Below, piece by piece: positions 19,576 to 28,769 of a stretch of DNA of 64,000 nucleotides. Origin of the DNA: an uncultured Dehalococcoidia bacterium (GTDB lineage: Bacteria; Chloroflexota; Dehalococcoidia; Lucifugimonadales; UBA1127). The stretch is taken from the NCBI GenBank assembly GCA_964625945.1, contig CAZVDP010000010.1:38166-102165 (forward strand), written 5' to 3'. The notes under the pieces are model-generated. The model searched no databases and had not been told where the DNA came from. It saw only the letters and a program-made list of their open reading frames with translations. The translations under genes were made by a program, and so were the position numbers. Each line of letters begins with the position of its first letter. Within the stretch, counting starts at the first letter, position 1.

Positions 19576-20487
19576 TTAGAGTCGAGTATATAGACTTCGG
19601 GTTGGCTCTGCAGTGGATTTGGGGCGATTCAGGATGCTTAAGAGAACTTCGACTCCGTCAACAACCCGGGGTCCGGGACGGTTAAAGTACGATGAGCCGT
19701 CGACGGCGAAAACGTTCCTGTTCTTTACCGCTGCTAAAGATGTCCATTCGGGAGGCCAATTGAGCGTTCGGAATTCGTTGACGGTTTCCTCCAAATCAAA
19801 TCCACAAGGCATCGCGATGATAAAGTCAGGGCGGGATTCTATAATGGCATCCCAGCTGATGCGATAGGAAGGCCCGCTATTTGTGCCCAAGACGTCTTCG
19901 CCTCCGGCAATACGAACCATGTCAGGGACCCAATGCCCTGCTACCATCAGTGGATCCAACCATTCCAAGCAAAGCACACGTGGCCGTTTGGGGATGCCGC
20001 CCGTATTCTGTTGTAGGTCTGAAAGCCTTTTCTTCAGCTCATCAGCGACAGAAACAGCCATTTTTTCTCTTTCCGTCAATCGCCCTATTTCGACTATAGA
20101 TTCGAAGATTTGCAGCAAATTCTTGGGTGCTATAGAAACAATTTTGGTATCAGCATCAATCAACCTGACTGTCTCAGACACTTCTTCATACGAAATCGCG
20201 CATACATTACAGAGCTCTTGGGTCAAGATAAGCTCCGGACGAAGCCTTTCCAGGGCTTCATGGTCGAGGGTGAATAAGCTGCTGCCCTGATGAATTGCGG
20301 TACGGATGTGATGGTCGATCTCAGCACTATTATTTCCAATATCCTCGAGAGTGTTACGCGTAACTCGCTCAACGTTCCGAACCCCTAGAGGGTAGTCACA
20401 TTCATGCGAAACAGCGACAAGGCTATCCTCCAATCCGATTGAACAGACAATCTCGGTAGCACTCGGGAGCAATGATGCGATTCGCAC
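19576..20487 (-). CDS. cobalamin/Fe-siderophore-type periplasmic binding protein (BtuF-like)
   Basis: RIASLLPSATEI, VSHECDYP, TQELCNVCA, YFNRPGPR. Confidence 0.85.
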   Translation of the reverse strand: MRIASLLPSATEIVCSIGLEDSLVAVSHECDYPLGVRNVERVTRNTLEDIGNNSAEIDHHIRTAIHQGSSLFTLDHEALERLRPELILTQELCNVCAISYEEVSETVRLIDADTKIVSIAPKNLLQIFESIVEIGRLTEREKMAVSVADELKKRLSDLQQNTGGIPKRPRVLCLEWLDPLMVAGHWVPDMVRIAGGEDVLGTNSGPSYRISWDAIIESRPDFIIAMPCGFDLEETVNEFRTLNWPPEWTSLAAVKNRNVFAVDGSSYFNRPGPRVVDGVEVLLSILNRPKSTAEPTRSLYTRL

Positions 20488-20593
20488 CTAGCACACTCCT
20501 CATCCCGGCCGCAAAAGCCGTTTCCGATAGACCACCGTGAGATGGTATTTGCTCTGTGGTGGCTATCCTGATTTTCCTTGGAACAACAAACTA

Positions 20594-21688
20594 TTACACA
20601 TTAAACAATACGTGCATGATGTCGCCATCTTGAACGATATAACTCTTTCCTTCTTGTCGGAGAAGGCCCTGTTTTCGTCCTTCCGCAAGACTGCCGGAAG
20701 AAATTAGGCTTTCATAGGAGATGACTTCTGCGCGGATAAACCCTCGTTCAAGGTCTGAATGGATCCGCCCGGCTCCTTTTTGGGCTGTAGTGTTGCGAGC
20801 TATTTCCCAGGCGCGCACCTCATCTTCCCCTACGGTAAAGAAAGAGATTCTGCCAACTACCTCATACGAGACGCGTATCATCCGATCCAGGGTGGATTCT
20901 CCGACACCGAGTGCCTCACGCATTTCATCTTCAGCAGCTTTCTCTTCTAATTGCCCAAGTTCCATTTCAATCTGGGCACATGTCGCGATAACGCGGATGC
21001 GTTTTTCCGCAATTGTTGTCGCGATCTGAGACTCCAGTTGGTCAATAACTCCAAGCTTCTCTTCTCCCGTGTTCACTACCACGATAAGTGGTTTGAGGGA
21101 CAACAAGCCATAACTTCTAAGCCAACGCGCTTCCTCGCCTTGGAAATTTTGTTCCCTCAGTGGTAGGCCCTCTTCAAGTCCGGGTAGCAATGTTTCAAGG
21201 AAGGCCATTTCTTTGTTGAATCCTTCCCGTTCAGATGGCTTGGCACCCTTTAAACCTGCCTGGAGCCTAGTTATCCTTCTCATCAATATTTCAAGGTCTG
21301 AAAACACAAGTTCTGTCAGCAGATTTTGAATGTCCCGATCCGGGTTGATGTTGTCATCGATATGTACAACTGATGGATTCGCAAAATCGCGCACGACAAT
21401 GAGCAAGGCATCCATCGATTGCAATGCGTTCAGATATTCACCACCAATACCTCGACTTTTTCCGAAGCCATCCGGAGGAGGAGGAATGTCGGTATAAGAA
21501 ATTTCCGCGGGCACGACGCGCCGAGGTTTATACATAGCAGCCAGCGTGTCTACTCGAACATCAGGAACTTTAGCAATACCAACATTGGGCGTCTTGGAAT
21601 ATCCGGTGACCGCCGCATGACCCCGAGTTACTGTATTGAAGACGGTCGTTTTTCCAGATTGGGGTAACCCTATTATGCCAATTTCCAT
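20594..21688 (-). CDS. ychF: redox-regulated ATPase YchF
   Basis: GLPQSGKTT, FFTVGEDEVRAW, IHSDLERGFIRAEV, EGKSYIVQDGD. Confidence 0.93.
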   Translation of the reverse strand: MEIGIIGLPQSGKTTVFNTVTRGHAAVTGYSKTPNVGIAKVPDVRVDTLAAMYKPRRVVPAEISYTDIPPPPDGFGKSRGIGGEYLNALQSMDALLIVVRDFANPSVVHIDDNINPDRDIQNLLTELVFSDLEILMRRITRLQAGLKGAKPSEREGFNKEMAFLETLLPGLEEGLPLREQNFQGEEARWLRSYGLLSLKPLIVVVNTGEEKLGVIDQLESQIATTIAEKRIRVIATCAQIEMELGQLEEKAAEDEMREALGVGESTLDRMIRVSYEVVGRISFFTVGEDEVRAWEIARNTTAQKGAGRIHSDLERGFIRAEVISYESLISSGSLAEGRKQGLLRQEGKSYIVQDGDIMHVLFNV

Positions 21689-22039
21689 CTTTCTATTCTC
21701 GCTCAATTTGCGCGGAAAAGTGAATAACCAGTCGGAGCTCTCCTAGAATGCTTTCGTGGAAACCCGGAGAGGAGCTTCAGAACTGGTCAACGCACTCATG
21801 TTCTCGTTTTGACAGCTGAGCGCTGTCGCCAACACAAATATCAAAACCACAGAGACGCGTGTCGCGCAAAAAAAATGTCGGTCCATATCGGCAATAGTTT
21901 AACACTCAATGTGCCGCAGCCTCACTGTTTGAAGCGGATGGATGTCCCCGCAACCATTTTTCGTCAGATGTGCTATTTTGAGAGATGCACATTACTCCGA
22001 AGCCACCTGCGGCTTTAGACACAACCAAGGATAGAGAAC

Positions 22040-22900
22040 ATGCCAAGGATATACGTATTGGGAGCAGGGACGCCTACCCCGACAGCCGACCGGTTCGGTT
22101 CATCATATGTACTTGAACTAGACGGCCAATATTTGATGTTCGACTGTGGGCCTGCAGCCACCCATAAATTGGTGCAGGCAGGGCTGTACCCAACCCAAAT
22201 CTCCCATTTATTTTTTACCCATCACCACTTTGATCATGATGTAGATTACCCTTGTTTCCTGCTTACCCGTTGGGATCAAAGTGGTGATCAAATTCCTGAT
22301 CTGGAAGTGATAGGCCCTCCTCTAACAAGGACATTCCATTACAGACTCATGGATGGGGCAGTGGGAGCATTTGCCCATGACTGGACTGCACGTGTCAACA
22401 GCGCAAGTAGTCAACATCTTCACGTTCGCCGCGGTGGATCCTTACCCCGCCGTCCGCCAACAGTTAACATACGTGAAATGTTGCCTGAAGAAATTTACGA
22501 TGGACCCGGATGGAGTGTGCGTGCAGCCTTGGCAGAACACGCCCAACCATGGTTGGATTCCTTGGCGTATAGGATAGACTGGCGTTCAGGGAGCGTCGTC
22601 GTAACTGGTGATACTAGACCATGCCAATCGGTGTTAGATCTGGCCCAGGGTGCTGATACGATGTTGTGTTGCTGCTGGGATGATCAAGATAGAATGCTGG
22701 AGCGTGGTGAACGGGGCATGTGTGGGACGGTTCAGGCCGCGGAAATGGCCCAATCGGCCAATGTAAAGCGCTTAGTTCTCGTTCATGTTGGTCCAGATCT
22801 TGGTCGCCATCCAGATCGAGAAAAAGCCATCGCGGACATCCGACGTGTATACGAAGGGGAAGTCATCTTCCCCGATGAATTGATGGCGTTCGAGGTGTGA
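22040..22900 (+). CDS. MBL-fold metallo-hydrolase (RNase Z / AtsA-like)
   Basis: LGAGTP, FDCG, THHHFDH, TGDT, LVLVH. Confidence 0.85.
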   Translation: MPRIYVLGAGTPTPTADRFGSSYVLELDGQYLMFDCGPAATHKLVQAGLYPTQISHLFFTHHHFDHDVDYPCFLLTRWDQSGDQIPDLEVIGPPLTRTFHYRLMDGAVGAFAHDWTARVNSASSQHLHVRRGGSLPRRPPTVNIREMLPEEIYDGPGWSVRAALAEHAQPWLDSLAYRIDWRSGSVVVTGDTRPCQSVLDLAQGADTMLCCCWDDQDRMLERGERGMCGTVQAAEMAQSANVKRLVLVHVGPDLGRHPDREKAIADIRRVYEGEVIFPDELMAFEV

Positions 22901-22954
22901 GGACTAGTGCACTTTTCTCATGAATTTTAGCTACTTCAATAAAGTGGGATAGAA

Positions 22955-23326
22955 ATGTATCAGGCTGCATGCGTTGCGCTCGGCGGAGCGATAGGTGCTC
23001 TCCTTCGCCATTTTCTTCAATTATTTGTCGTGAATCGAATTGGGATGTCATTTATGGGCACACTCTTCGTCAATACGACCGGGTCATTTCTCTTGGGCGT
23101 ATTAATCGGCATCATGTCGAACCATGCCTCATGGCCTGTTGAGCTAAGACTATTTCTAGCCGTCGGTGTGCTCGGTTCCTATACTACGTTTTCAACTCTA
23201 AGCTTGGAGATCGTGGAATCGCTGCAACGGGGAGAGGTGTTGGCCGCGAGCACTAACCTTGTACTCAGTGTGATTCTCGGCCTACTAGCTGCTAGCCTAG
23301 GCCTCTTAGCTGGCCGTCTCTTGTAA
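22955..23326 (+). CDS. crcB: fluoride efflux channel CrcB/FluC
   Basis: GGAIGALLR, GTLFVNTTGSFLLG, GVLGSYTTFST. Confidence 0.93.
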   Translation: MYQAACVALGGAIGALLRHFLQLFVVNRIGMSFMGTLFVNTTGSFLLGVLIGIMSNHASWPVELRLFLAVGVLGSYTTFSTLSLEIVESLQRGEVLAASTNLVLSVILGLLAASLGLLAGRLL

Positions 23327-23474
23327 GGGAAATGCATCACCGACGGTAAACAGACACGCTGGTGAAATGGTGTGCACGCGAAGCATGTAACGGGATATCA
23401 AGCAGCCACCGAAGCGATCTCTAATATGGGAAGAGGCCGACAACTAACACTGGGTCTACTCTTCCTTATTCTAG

Positions 23475-24719
23475 CTATCCTCGGGTATTCAAATACTCGA
23501 TAACCTGCCTCGCTGCTCTTCTGGCAGAGGTCATCGCACTCTGCAAGGAGCCATGATCAACATGGTCGCCACATACAAAAATGCCATCTTCAGCCTCATT
23601 CGGCTCCGGGTGTGTTGTTGATTTTGGGTTAGGAAGAGCATGTGGAATAGCATATTTGGCAATAAAGCGCCAATTATGCACCTGTAAGCCAAACCATCTC
23701 TCGAGTTGGCCCAGTACCGCCGGGAAGCCTGCATCCTGGCGAGTTCGACCTCCCCGAATCGAAGACGCTGAAATAAGAAAAGTTTTCGGCGGAGCATAGG
23801 AAGGACAGACCAAATTTGGGATGGATACGTGGTCAATTGGGCCTTTCCTATCGCCGTTAAGTATTAGAGCGGAAGTGGTGACGGGCGGTTCATTTGCTTC
23901 AAAGTAGTAAGTCTCCATGCTTCGTGACCCAGAATGAGGACGAGAGGCGAGCAATTCTGCCGCTGCACTACCTTCGGTAGCGACCACAATCGCGCCGGCC
24001 TCGATGGTTTCACCAGTCTCTAGACTAATATGTTTGTCATTGATTTCCACGACTCTACTGTGGGTCTTAATCGATTTTCCAGGTAAGCATGCCGCGATTT
24101 GTTCTGGGATAGCCTGTATGCCTTCCCAAGGCAAGGAGATATCTCCAAGTGCCATTGGTTTGAATATTGATGCAAAAATCTTAGCTGGAGTAATTAGTTC
24201 GAGATCCAGCATCACACTTCCAAAGAAAGGCTGAAGAAACTGTGAAAGGATCTTTTCAGAAAAACCCCTTTGCTCAAGGAAGGTTCGTGTGGGTTGATTG
24301 TTCTTTGCTTCCGAGATGTCTGCGTTTATGGAAGTCAAATCGCTCCGCAATTTCACCATTCGTATGGCGTCCTTCAGCGACACGATCGGCGAACAGATAC
24401 TTCGTATAGCATCCAGTGGACGCCGGAATGGATCGGCGATTGAATAGAATTTCGTTCCGCTCCTCACCAAGGCGCCAGGGTAAAATGGATGCAGTGCAAG
24501 GGCTTCGTAATCTAGCGTGTTTTTAGGCTCTTGGTAGCCTGTAATCAACACTTGAAAACCATGATCAAGCAAAAACCCGTTGACACGGTCCGTTCGCATG
24601 CGGCCACCAATGCCATCTGACGCTTCAAAGACGGTAAACGGTTGCCCAGCATCCTGGAGGTGGAAGGCACATGTCAAACCAGCTACACCAGCACCGATTA
24701 TGGCTACGTCTGTTTTCAG
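23475..24719 (-). CDS. FAD-dependent oxidoreductase (amine oxidase / protoporphyrinogen oxidase-like)
   Basis: DVAIIGAGVAGL dinucleotide-binding motif lies upstream of the ORF-track start and requires a CTG start at 24719; FEASDGIGGRMRTD, DHGFQV, VCGDH. Confidence 0.8.
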   Translation of the reverse strand: MKTDVAIIGAGVAGLTCAFHLQDAGQPFTVFEASDGIGGRMRTDRVNGFLLDHGFQVLITGYQEPKNTLDYEALALHPFYPGALVRSGTKFYSIADPFRRPLDAIRSICSPIVSLKDAIRMVKLRSDLTSINADISEAKNNQPTRTFLEQRGFSEKILSQFLQPFFGSVMLDLELITPAKIFASIFKPMALGDISLPWEGIQAIPEQIAACLPGKSIKTHSRVVEINDKHISLETGETIEAGAIVVATEGSAAAELLASRPHSGSRSMETYYFEANEPPVTTSALILNGDRKGPIDHVSIPNLVCPSYAPPKTFLISASSIRGGRTRQDAGFPAVLGQLERWFGLQVHNWRFIAKYAIPHALPNPKSTTHPEPNEAEDGIFVCGDHVDHGSLQSAMTSARRAARQVIEYLNTRG

Positions 24720-24738
24720 GATCTCACCTACCTAGTCA

Positions 24739-26154
24739 TCACCTAGCAGTCTTATTGCCCTTAACATCAGGGGATTCTTTACCTAGCATATGACGCAGTG
24801 CCGGCTCAAGATTCGGGAAACGAAATGTGTATCCGGTATTCTGGAGTTTGACCGGTTGCGCCCTAGTGCTTGGGAAGAGAGTTTCGTTAACAACTTCTCC
24901 GTAAAGGATACGAAGAATTACCTTAGGAATCCAAAAGAGGGTCGGTCTCTTTAAAACGACACCCAATGTCTTTGTCAATTTTTGATTCGTACATGGTTCT
25001 GGTGTAACCACATTGACTGGCCCTTCTAACTGTTCGCATTGAATGCCATGGTATACCGCTCCAAGCACATCATCTATAGCAACCCAACTCAGGGATTGTT
25101 TTCCGAAACCAACAGTTCCCCCAAGCCCCATTTGGAACGGTAACAGCATTTTTGCTAGGGCATCTCCTGCAGGTGTAAGCACAACGCCAAAACGCAAATT
25201 GACTACGCGGATGCCTAGGGCATTTGCTTGTTCGGTTTGCAACTCCCAGTCTTTTGCCAAGTTCGGCAGGAATCCAGAACCTGCAGGGCTTTCTTCAGTA
25301 ACCACCTCTCCGGCTGTGTCACCGTAGAATCCAATCGCGGAAGCTGCAATCAAGACCTTAGGTGGATGTTTAAGCTGCGCTAGGGTAGCGACTAGAAGCT
25401 TGGTCCCATTTACTCGGCTGTTATAGATTTTCTTTTTGTACTGTTTGTTCCATCGCTTACCATTAAGGTTTTCACCAGCAAGATGGACAACTGCATCTAA
25501 ATCTTCAAGGTATTTAGTATCTATGAAATCATTTTCTGGATCCCAAAGTATGCGGTCAGAGTTAGGATCAGGATTTTCCCGCACTAAACAAATCACTTGG
25601 TGCCCCATTGCAGTCAAATATGGCTTCAATGCCGATCCAATAACCCCCGAAGATCCTGTTATTAATATTCGCAACGGTTTGAAGTTGCCATACTTGAGAA
25701 TATCTGCAATATCCCCCGTTAAAATACGGTGGCGATATTCGAACATCTTCGCAAGGAATTGCCGGATCCATTTCCTGCCGAGCAAGCGGCCAAATTTGCC
25801 GAATGGGAGTGCATATTCTACGTGATCAATCATGTAGCTTTTAGTTGATTCGATTGATTCTACACGATGAAGGTGATTCCAATACGCAAACGGACCACTA
25901 GACATGACGTCTCGAAATTGCTCATTTGGAATGTAATCTCGGTATACAAGTTTCCACTTAATCGCAAATGGTCCAAGCTTGAGTATTAGTTCTGATACTT
26001 GGCCGTTCGCTATCGGCACATGCTTCCCAGGTATTTTCACTGACACCCATGGTGGTGTTAGGCGATAAAAGGCACCGGTGCGTTCATGCCAAGCAAAAAT
26101 AAGCTTGGGAGGAGCAGGAATTATGGATTGCTTATCAAAAACCTCAGGATCCAT
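24739..26154 (-). CDS. TIGR01777-family NAD-dependent epimerase with N-terminal SRPBCC domain
   Basis: N-terminal WHER.GAF.RLTPPW and GPFAYWNHLH; ITGSSGVIG, VHLAGEN, SAIGFYG. Confidence 0.88.
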   Translation of the reverse strand: MDPEVFDKQSIIPAPPKLIFAWHERTGAFYRLTPPWVSVKIPGKHVPIANGQVSELILKLGPFAIKWKLVYRDYIPNEQFRDVMSSGPFAYWNHLHRVESIESTKSYMIDHVEYALPFGKFGRLLGRKWIRQFLAKMFEYRHRILTGDIADILKYGNFKPLRILITGSSGVIGSALKPYLTAMGHQVICLVRENPDPNSDRILWDPENDFIDTKYLEDLDAVVHLAGENLNGKRWNKQYKKKIYNSRVNGTKLLVATLAQLKHPPKVLIAASAIGFYGDTAGEVVTEESPAGSGFLPNLAKDWELQTEQANALGIRVVNLRFGVVLTPAGDALAKMLLPFQMGLGGTVGFGKQSLSWVAIDDVLGAVYHGIQCEQLEGPVNVVTPEPCTNQKLTKTLGVVLKRPTLFWIPKVILRILYGEVVNETLFPSTRAQPVKLQNTGYTFRFPNLEPALRHMLGKESPDVKGNKTAR

Positions 26155-26246
26155 ATAGTAACCTCAGGAATTTAGACCTCAAATAATCTTAATGTTTGAG
26201 GCAGCTATTTGAAAAGGTTAAACGCAAATATAAACCAATCCTTCCG

Positions 26247-26275
26247 TTGACAAAAGAACATATGTTCTTTATTAT
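26247..26275 (+). promoter_or_regulatory. sigma70 promoter with a LexA (SOS) box in the spacer
   Basis: TTGACA (26247-52) -N17- TATTAT (26270-75); perfect palindrome AAAGAACATATGTTCTTT containing GAAC-N4-GTTC. Confidence 0.85.
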
Positions 26276-26302
26276 TTCTTCTATCTAGCGCAAGGATTTT
26301 AC

Positions 26303-27481
26303 GTGCGAATAGCTTGTCTCTTGATTCCACATTTGCCCTATCAGGTCGAGCGGAGACGTCAAAGTAAAGACCTCTCTTATCCTTTGATGATCACAAAAGG
26401 GAATGAGACGCATCGATACATCTATGATTCTTCAGAAGGAGGAAAAATCCCCTTCGGAACTCCTCTCCAGGAAGCCTTATCCGCATACAAAAACTGCGAG
26501 GTTATAGAAGCTGATGAATTCCTCTATAAACAGATCAATGAAGAGATTCTGGACGAGATTCAAGAGCGTTTACCAGTCATTGAAGATGCCGGATTAGGTT
26601 GCATCTTTATTGACCTACAGGGATCTGAAATCCTGTATCCAAATGACGCGTATCTTGCAAGGGCTTTACTAGAAGCTATTCCATTTTATCTCCAAGGAAA
26701 ACTAGGTATCGCTTCTGGAAAATTCACTGCCTACCTTTCAGCATTACAGAGTAGATCGGGAAGCGCAACACGGGCACATTTTAATCAGGAAGGTTTTCTA
26801 CAAGGTTTCTCAATCAACCTTCTCCCTATTTCTAAGACAATGAAGAACCGCTTACATGGATTCGAACTCCATAGTCTAGGTGATCTTGTGCCTCTAGGAA
26901 TTGGTCCTCTCCAAGCACAATTTGGACCAGAAGGAAATTTGGCCTGGAAACTATCTTCAGGTAATGATGAAAGACCAGTTATTCCACGTTCAAGGCAAGA
27001 GGTGATTCTAGAAGAGCTTGTTTTCCCCACACCCACTGTATCGCTCGCATTTGTCTTACTGGGGATGGAAGCCTTAGTAGGACGGGTATGGAGCCGAATC
27101 GAAAAGTACGGCTATCATATCCGGGAAATGACAGTCTATGGAAATTGTTTCCCATCACGCCAATGGAGTAAAAGAATTGTTTTCCGTGAACCTGTTGGGT
27201 CAAAAGAAATGGTAATCGCGTTTCTTAAACGCAAATTGGAATCTACCTTCTTACCAGGGCCCCTTGAAGATTTGAGATTGCAAGTAGAAGGATTTACTGG
27301 GAGTAAAGGTAAACAAAAGAGCCTTTTCCTCGATCTTCGACGTAAAGAACAGATTGGCGAAGCGGTACAGCAATTAGAAACCCAATTCAATGGTAAAACC
27401 CTAGTATACCGTTATCAGGAGGTGGAGCCATTTTCTCGAATTCCCGAACGACGAGGAGCTCTTATTCCTTTCGTCCACTAA
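26303..27481 (+). CDS. imuB: ImuB-like catalytically inactive Y-family DNA polymerase
   Basis: MRIACLLIPHLP replaces the DMDAF motif, GLGCIFIDL replaces SLDEAYLD; clamp-binding-like QKSLF; upstream of dnaE2. Confidence 0.8.
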   Translation: MRIACLLIPHLPYQVERRRQSKDLSYPLMITKGNETHRYIYDSSEGGKIPFGTPLQEALSAYKNCEVIEADEFLYKQINEEILDEIQERLPVIEDAGLGCIFIDLQGSEILYPNDAYLARALLEAIPFYLQGKLGIASGKFTAYLSALQSRSGSATRAHFNQEGFLQGFSINLLPISKTMKNRLHGFELHSLGDLVPLGIGPLQAQFGPEGNLAWKLSSGNDERPVIPRSRQEVILEELVFPTPTVSLAFVLLGMEALVGRVWSRIEKYGYHIREMTVYGNCFPSRQWSKRIVFREPVGSKEMVIAFLKRKLESTFLPGPLEDLRLQVEGFTGSKGKQKSLFLDLRRKEQIGEAVQQLETQFNGKTLVYRYQEVEPFSRIPERRGALIPFVH

Positions 27482-27717
27482 ACCATCCAAATTCTATAAA
27501 TGTGACAGTGGGAAAGGATGGATTGCCGCGTGCTTGTATTATTAAAGGAAATTGGAAAAGGATAGATAGAATCGTCGATACATGGCACATAGAGGAAGGC
27601 TGGTGGAGCCTTACACCAATTAATCGCCTCTATTATATGGTTGTCTTTGCCTCAGGAGGGCCTTTGGTTATTTACCACGATAGGGAAAGTCGCACCTGGT
27701 TTACGCAATATATGTAA
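27430..27717 (+). CDS. small DUF6504-like protein corresponding to the ImuB C-terminal domain
   Basis: RPLNHP...DGLP...WHIEEGWW...RLYY...G...IYHD...W pattern; start uncertain (ATT 27430 after AGGAGGT, or GTG 27502). Confidence 0.7.
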   Translation: MFSNSRTTRSSYSFRPLNHPNSINVTVGKDGLPRACIIKGNWKRIDRIVDTWHIEEGWWSLTPINRLYYMVVFASGGPLVIYHDRESRTWFTQYM

Positions 27718-27727
27718 GAGGGAACTG

Positions 27728-28705
27728 ATGAGTCAGGTATTTATAGGAACATGCTCATGGACAGATAAACAACTTATAAATGCTGCAACTTTTTATCCGA
27801 AAATTAACATGACTGCAGAAGCTCGATTACGATGGTATTCTAATATATTTCCCATTGTGGAAGTGGATAGCAGCTATTATGCTATCCCTTCTGTAGCAAA
27901 CGCTTGCCACTGGGCAGAACGCACACCTAACACCTTTCAATTTCACTTAAAAATGTTTCGTCTGTTTACTGGCCATTGGTGTGAAAAATCGGTACTCCCA
28001 AAAGACCTCCAGAAACTAGCGCCCAATGATTCATCTGGAAGAAATCGTTTCTATTTATTACCAAGGGATTCTTCTAATGGGCAAGGGTGTTCGAGCGAAT
28101 TAAGTGATGAATTGATAGATAGGTTCATTCAAGCAGCTTTGGTTCTGGAGAGTTATGGCAAACTTGGCGTCATTCTCTTACAACTTGCTCCATGGGTAAC
28201 TCCCACTAAACGCTATTATGATTATCTTCTTTGGATTAGAAAGAAACTTGAGTATCTCAAGGTTGCAATAGAATTTCGAAATCCTGCCTGGACACACGAA
28301 AACCTGCTACAACATACCCTGAGCTGGTTGCACCATTATGACTTTTCGTATGTCTCTGTAGATGCACCACAAGGCACTCAGACCAGTATGCCTCCTCTGG
28401 CTCTTGCGACAAATGAAATTGCCTACGTGAGATTGCACGGGCGCAATCTCTCCACATGGGAAACACCAGTAGAACACACATGGGAACGGTTTGACTGGTA
28501 TTACACTGAAAAAGAATTGAATGAATGGGTTCCGCGTATCCGTACACTCGAAGAAAGAGCAAATGAAGTGCATGTCCTTTTCAATCCAAATAGATCTGAT
28601 CAAGGCCCTCACGGTGCTTTGCTCCTTGCAAAAATACTTGGCGATTCCGGTGTAAAACAACCAGGGCTCAACACACCTTTAATGAAAAGAATGGATATGT
28701 CCTGA
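27728..28705 (+). CDS. DUF72 family protein
   Basis: IGTCSW, VEVDSSYY, IEFRNPAW, YVRLHGRN, YTEKELNEW. Confidence 0.88.
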   Translation: MSQVFIGTCSWTDKQLINAATFYPKINMTAEARLRWYSNIFPIVEVDSSYYAIPSVANACHWAERTPNTFQFHLKMFRLFTGHWCEKSVLPKDLQKLAPNDSSGRNRFYLLPRDSSNGQGCSSELSDELIDRFIQAALVLESYGKLGVILLQLAPWVTPTKRYYDYLLWIRKKLEYLKVAIEFRNPAWTHENLLQHTLSWLHHYDFSYVSVDAPQGTQTSMPPLALATNEIAYVRLHGRNLSTWETPVEHTWERFDWYYTEKELNEWVPRIRTLEERANEVHVLFNPNRSDQGPHGALLLAKILGDSGVKQPGLNTPLMKRMDMS

Positions 28706-28769
28706 CATACATCTAATTAGAATCGCTAGTATAAAATTCTCCACCGAAAAGAAGGTTCTCTCTAATACA

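Noticed and set aside
20488-20593. Cobalamin riboswitch upstream of the BtuF-like gene
   Set aside because: The region is only about 105 nt and lacks recognisable B12-box elements; the hairpin may simply terminate ychF
22876-22954. Fluoride riboswitch before crcB (TGATGGCGTTC resembles the core)
   Set aside because: It lies in the end of the upstream CDS, and the P1 stem and pseudoknot partner cannot be formed
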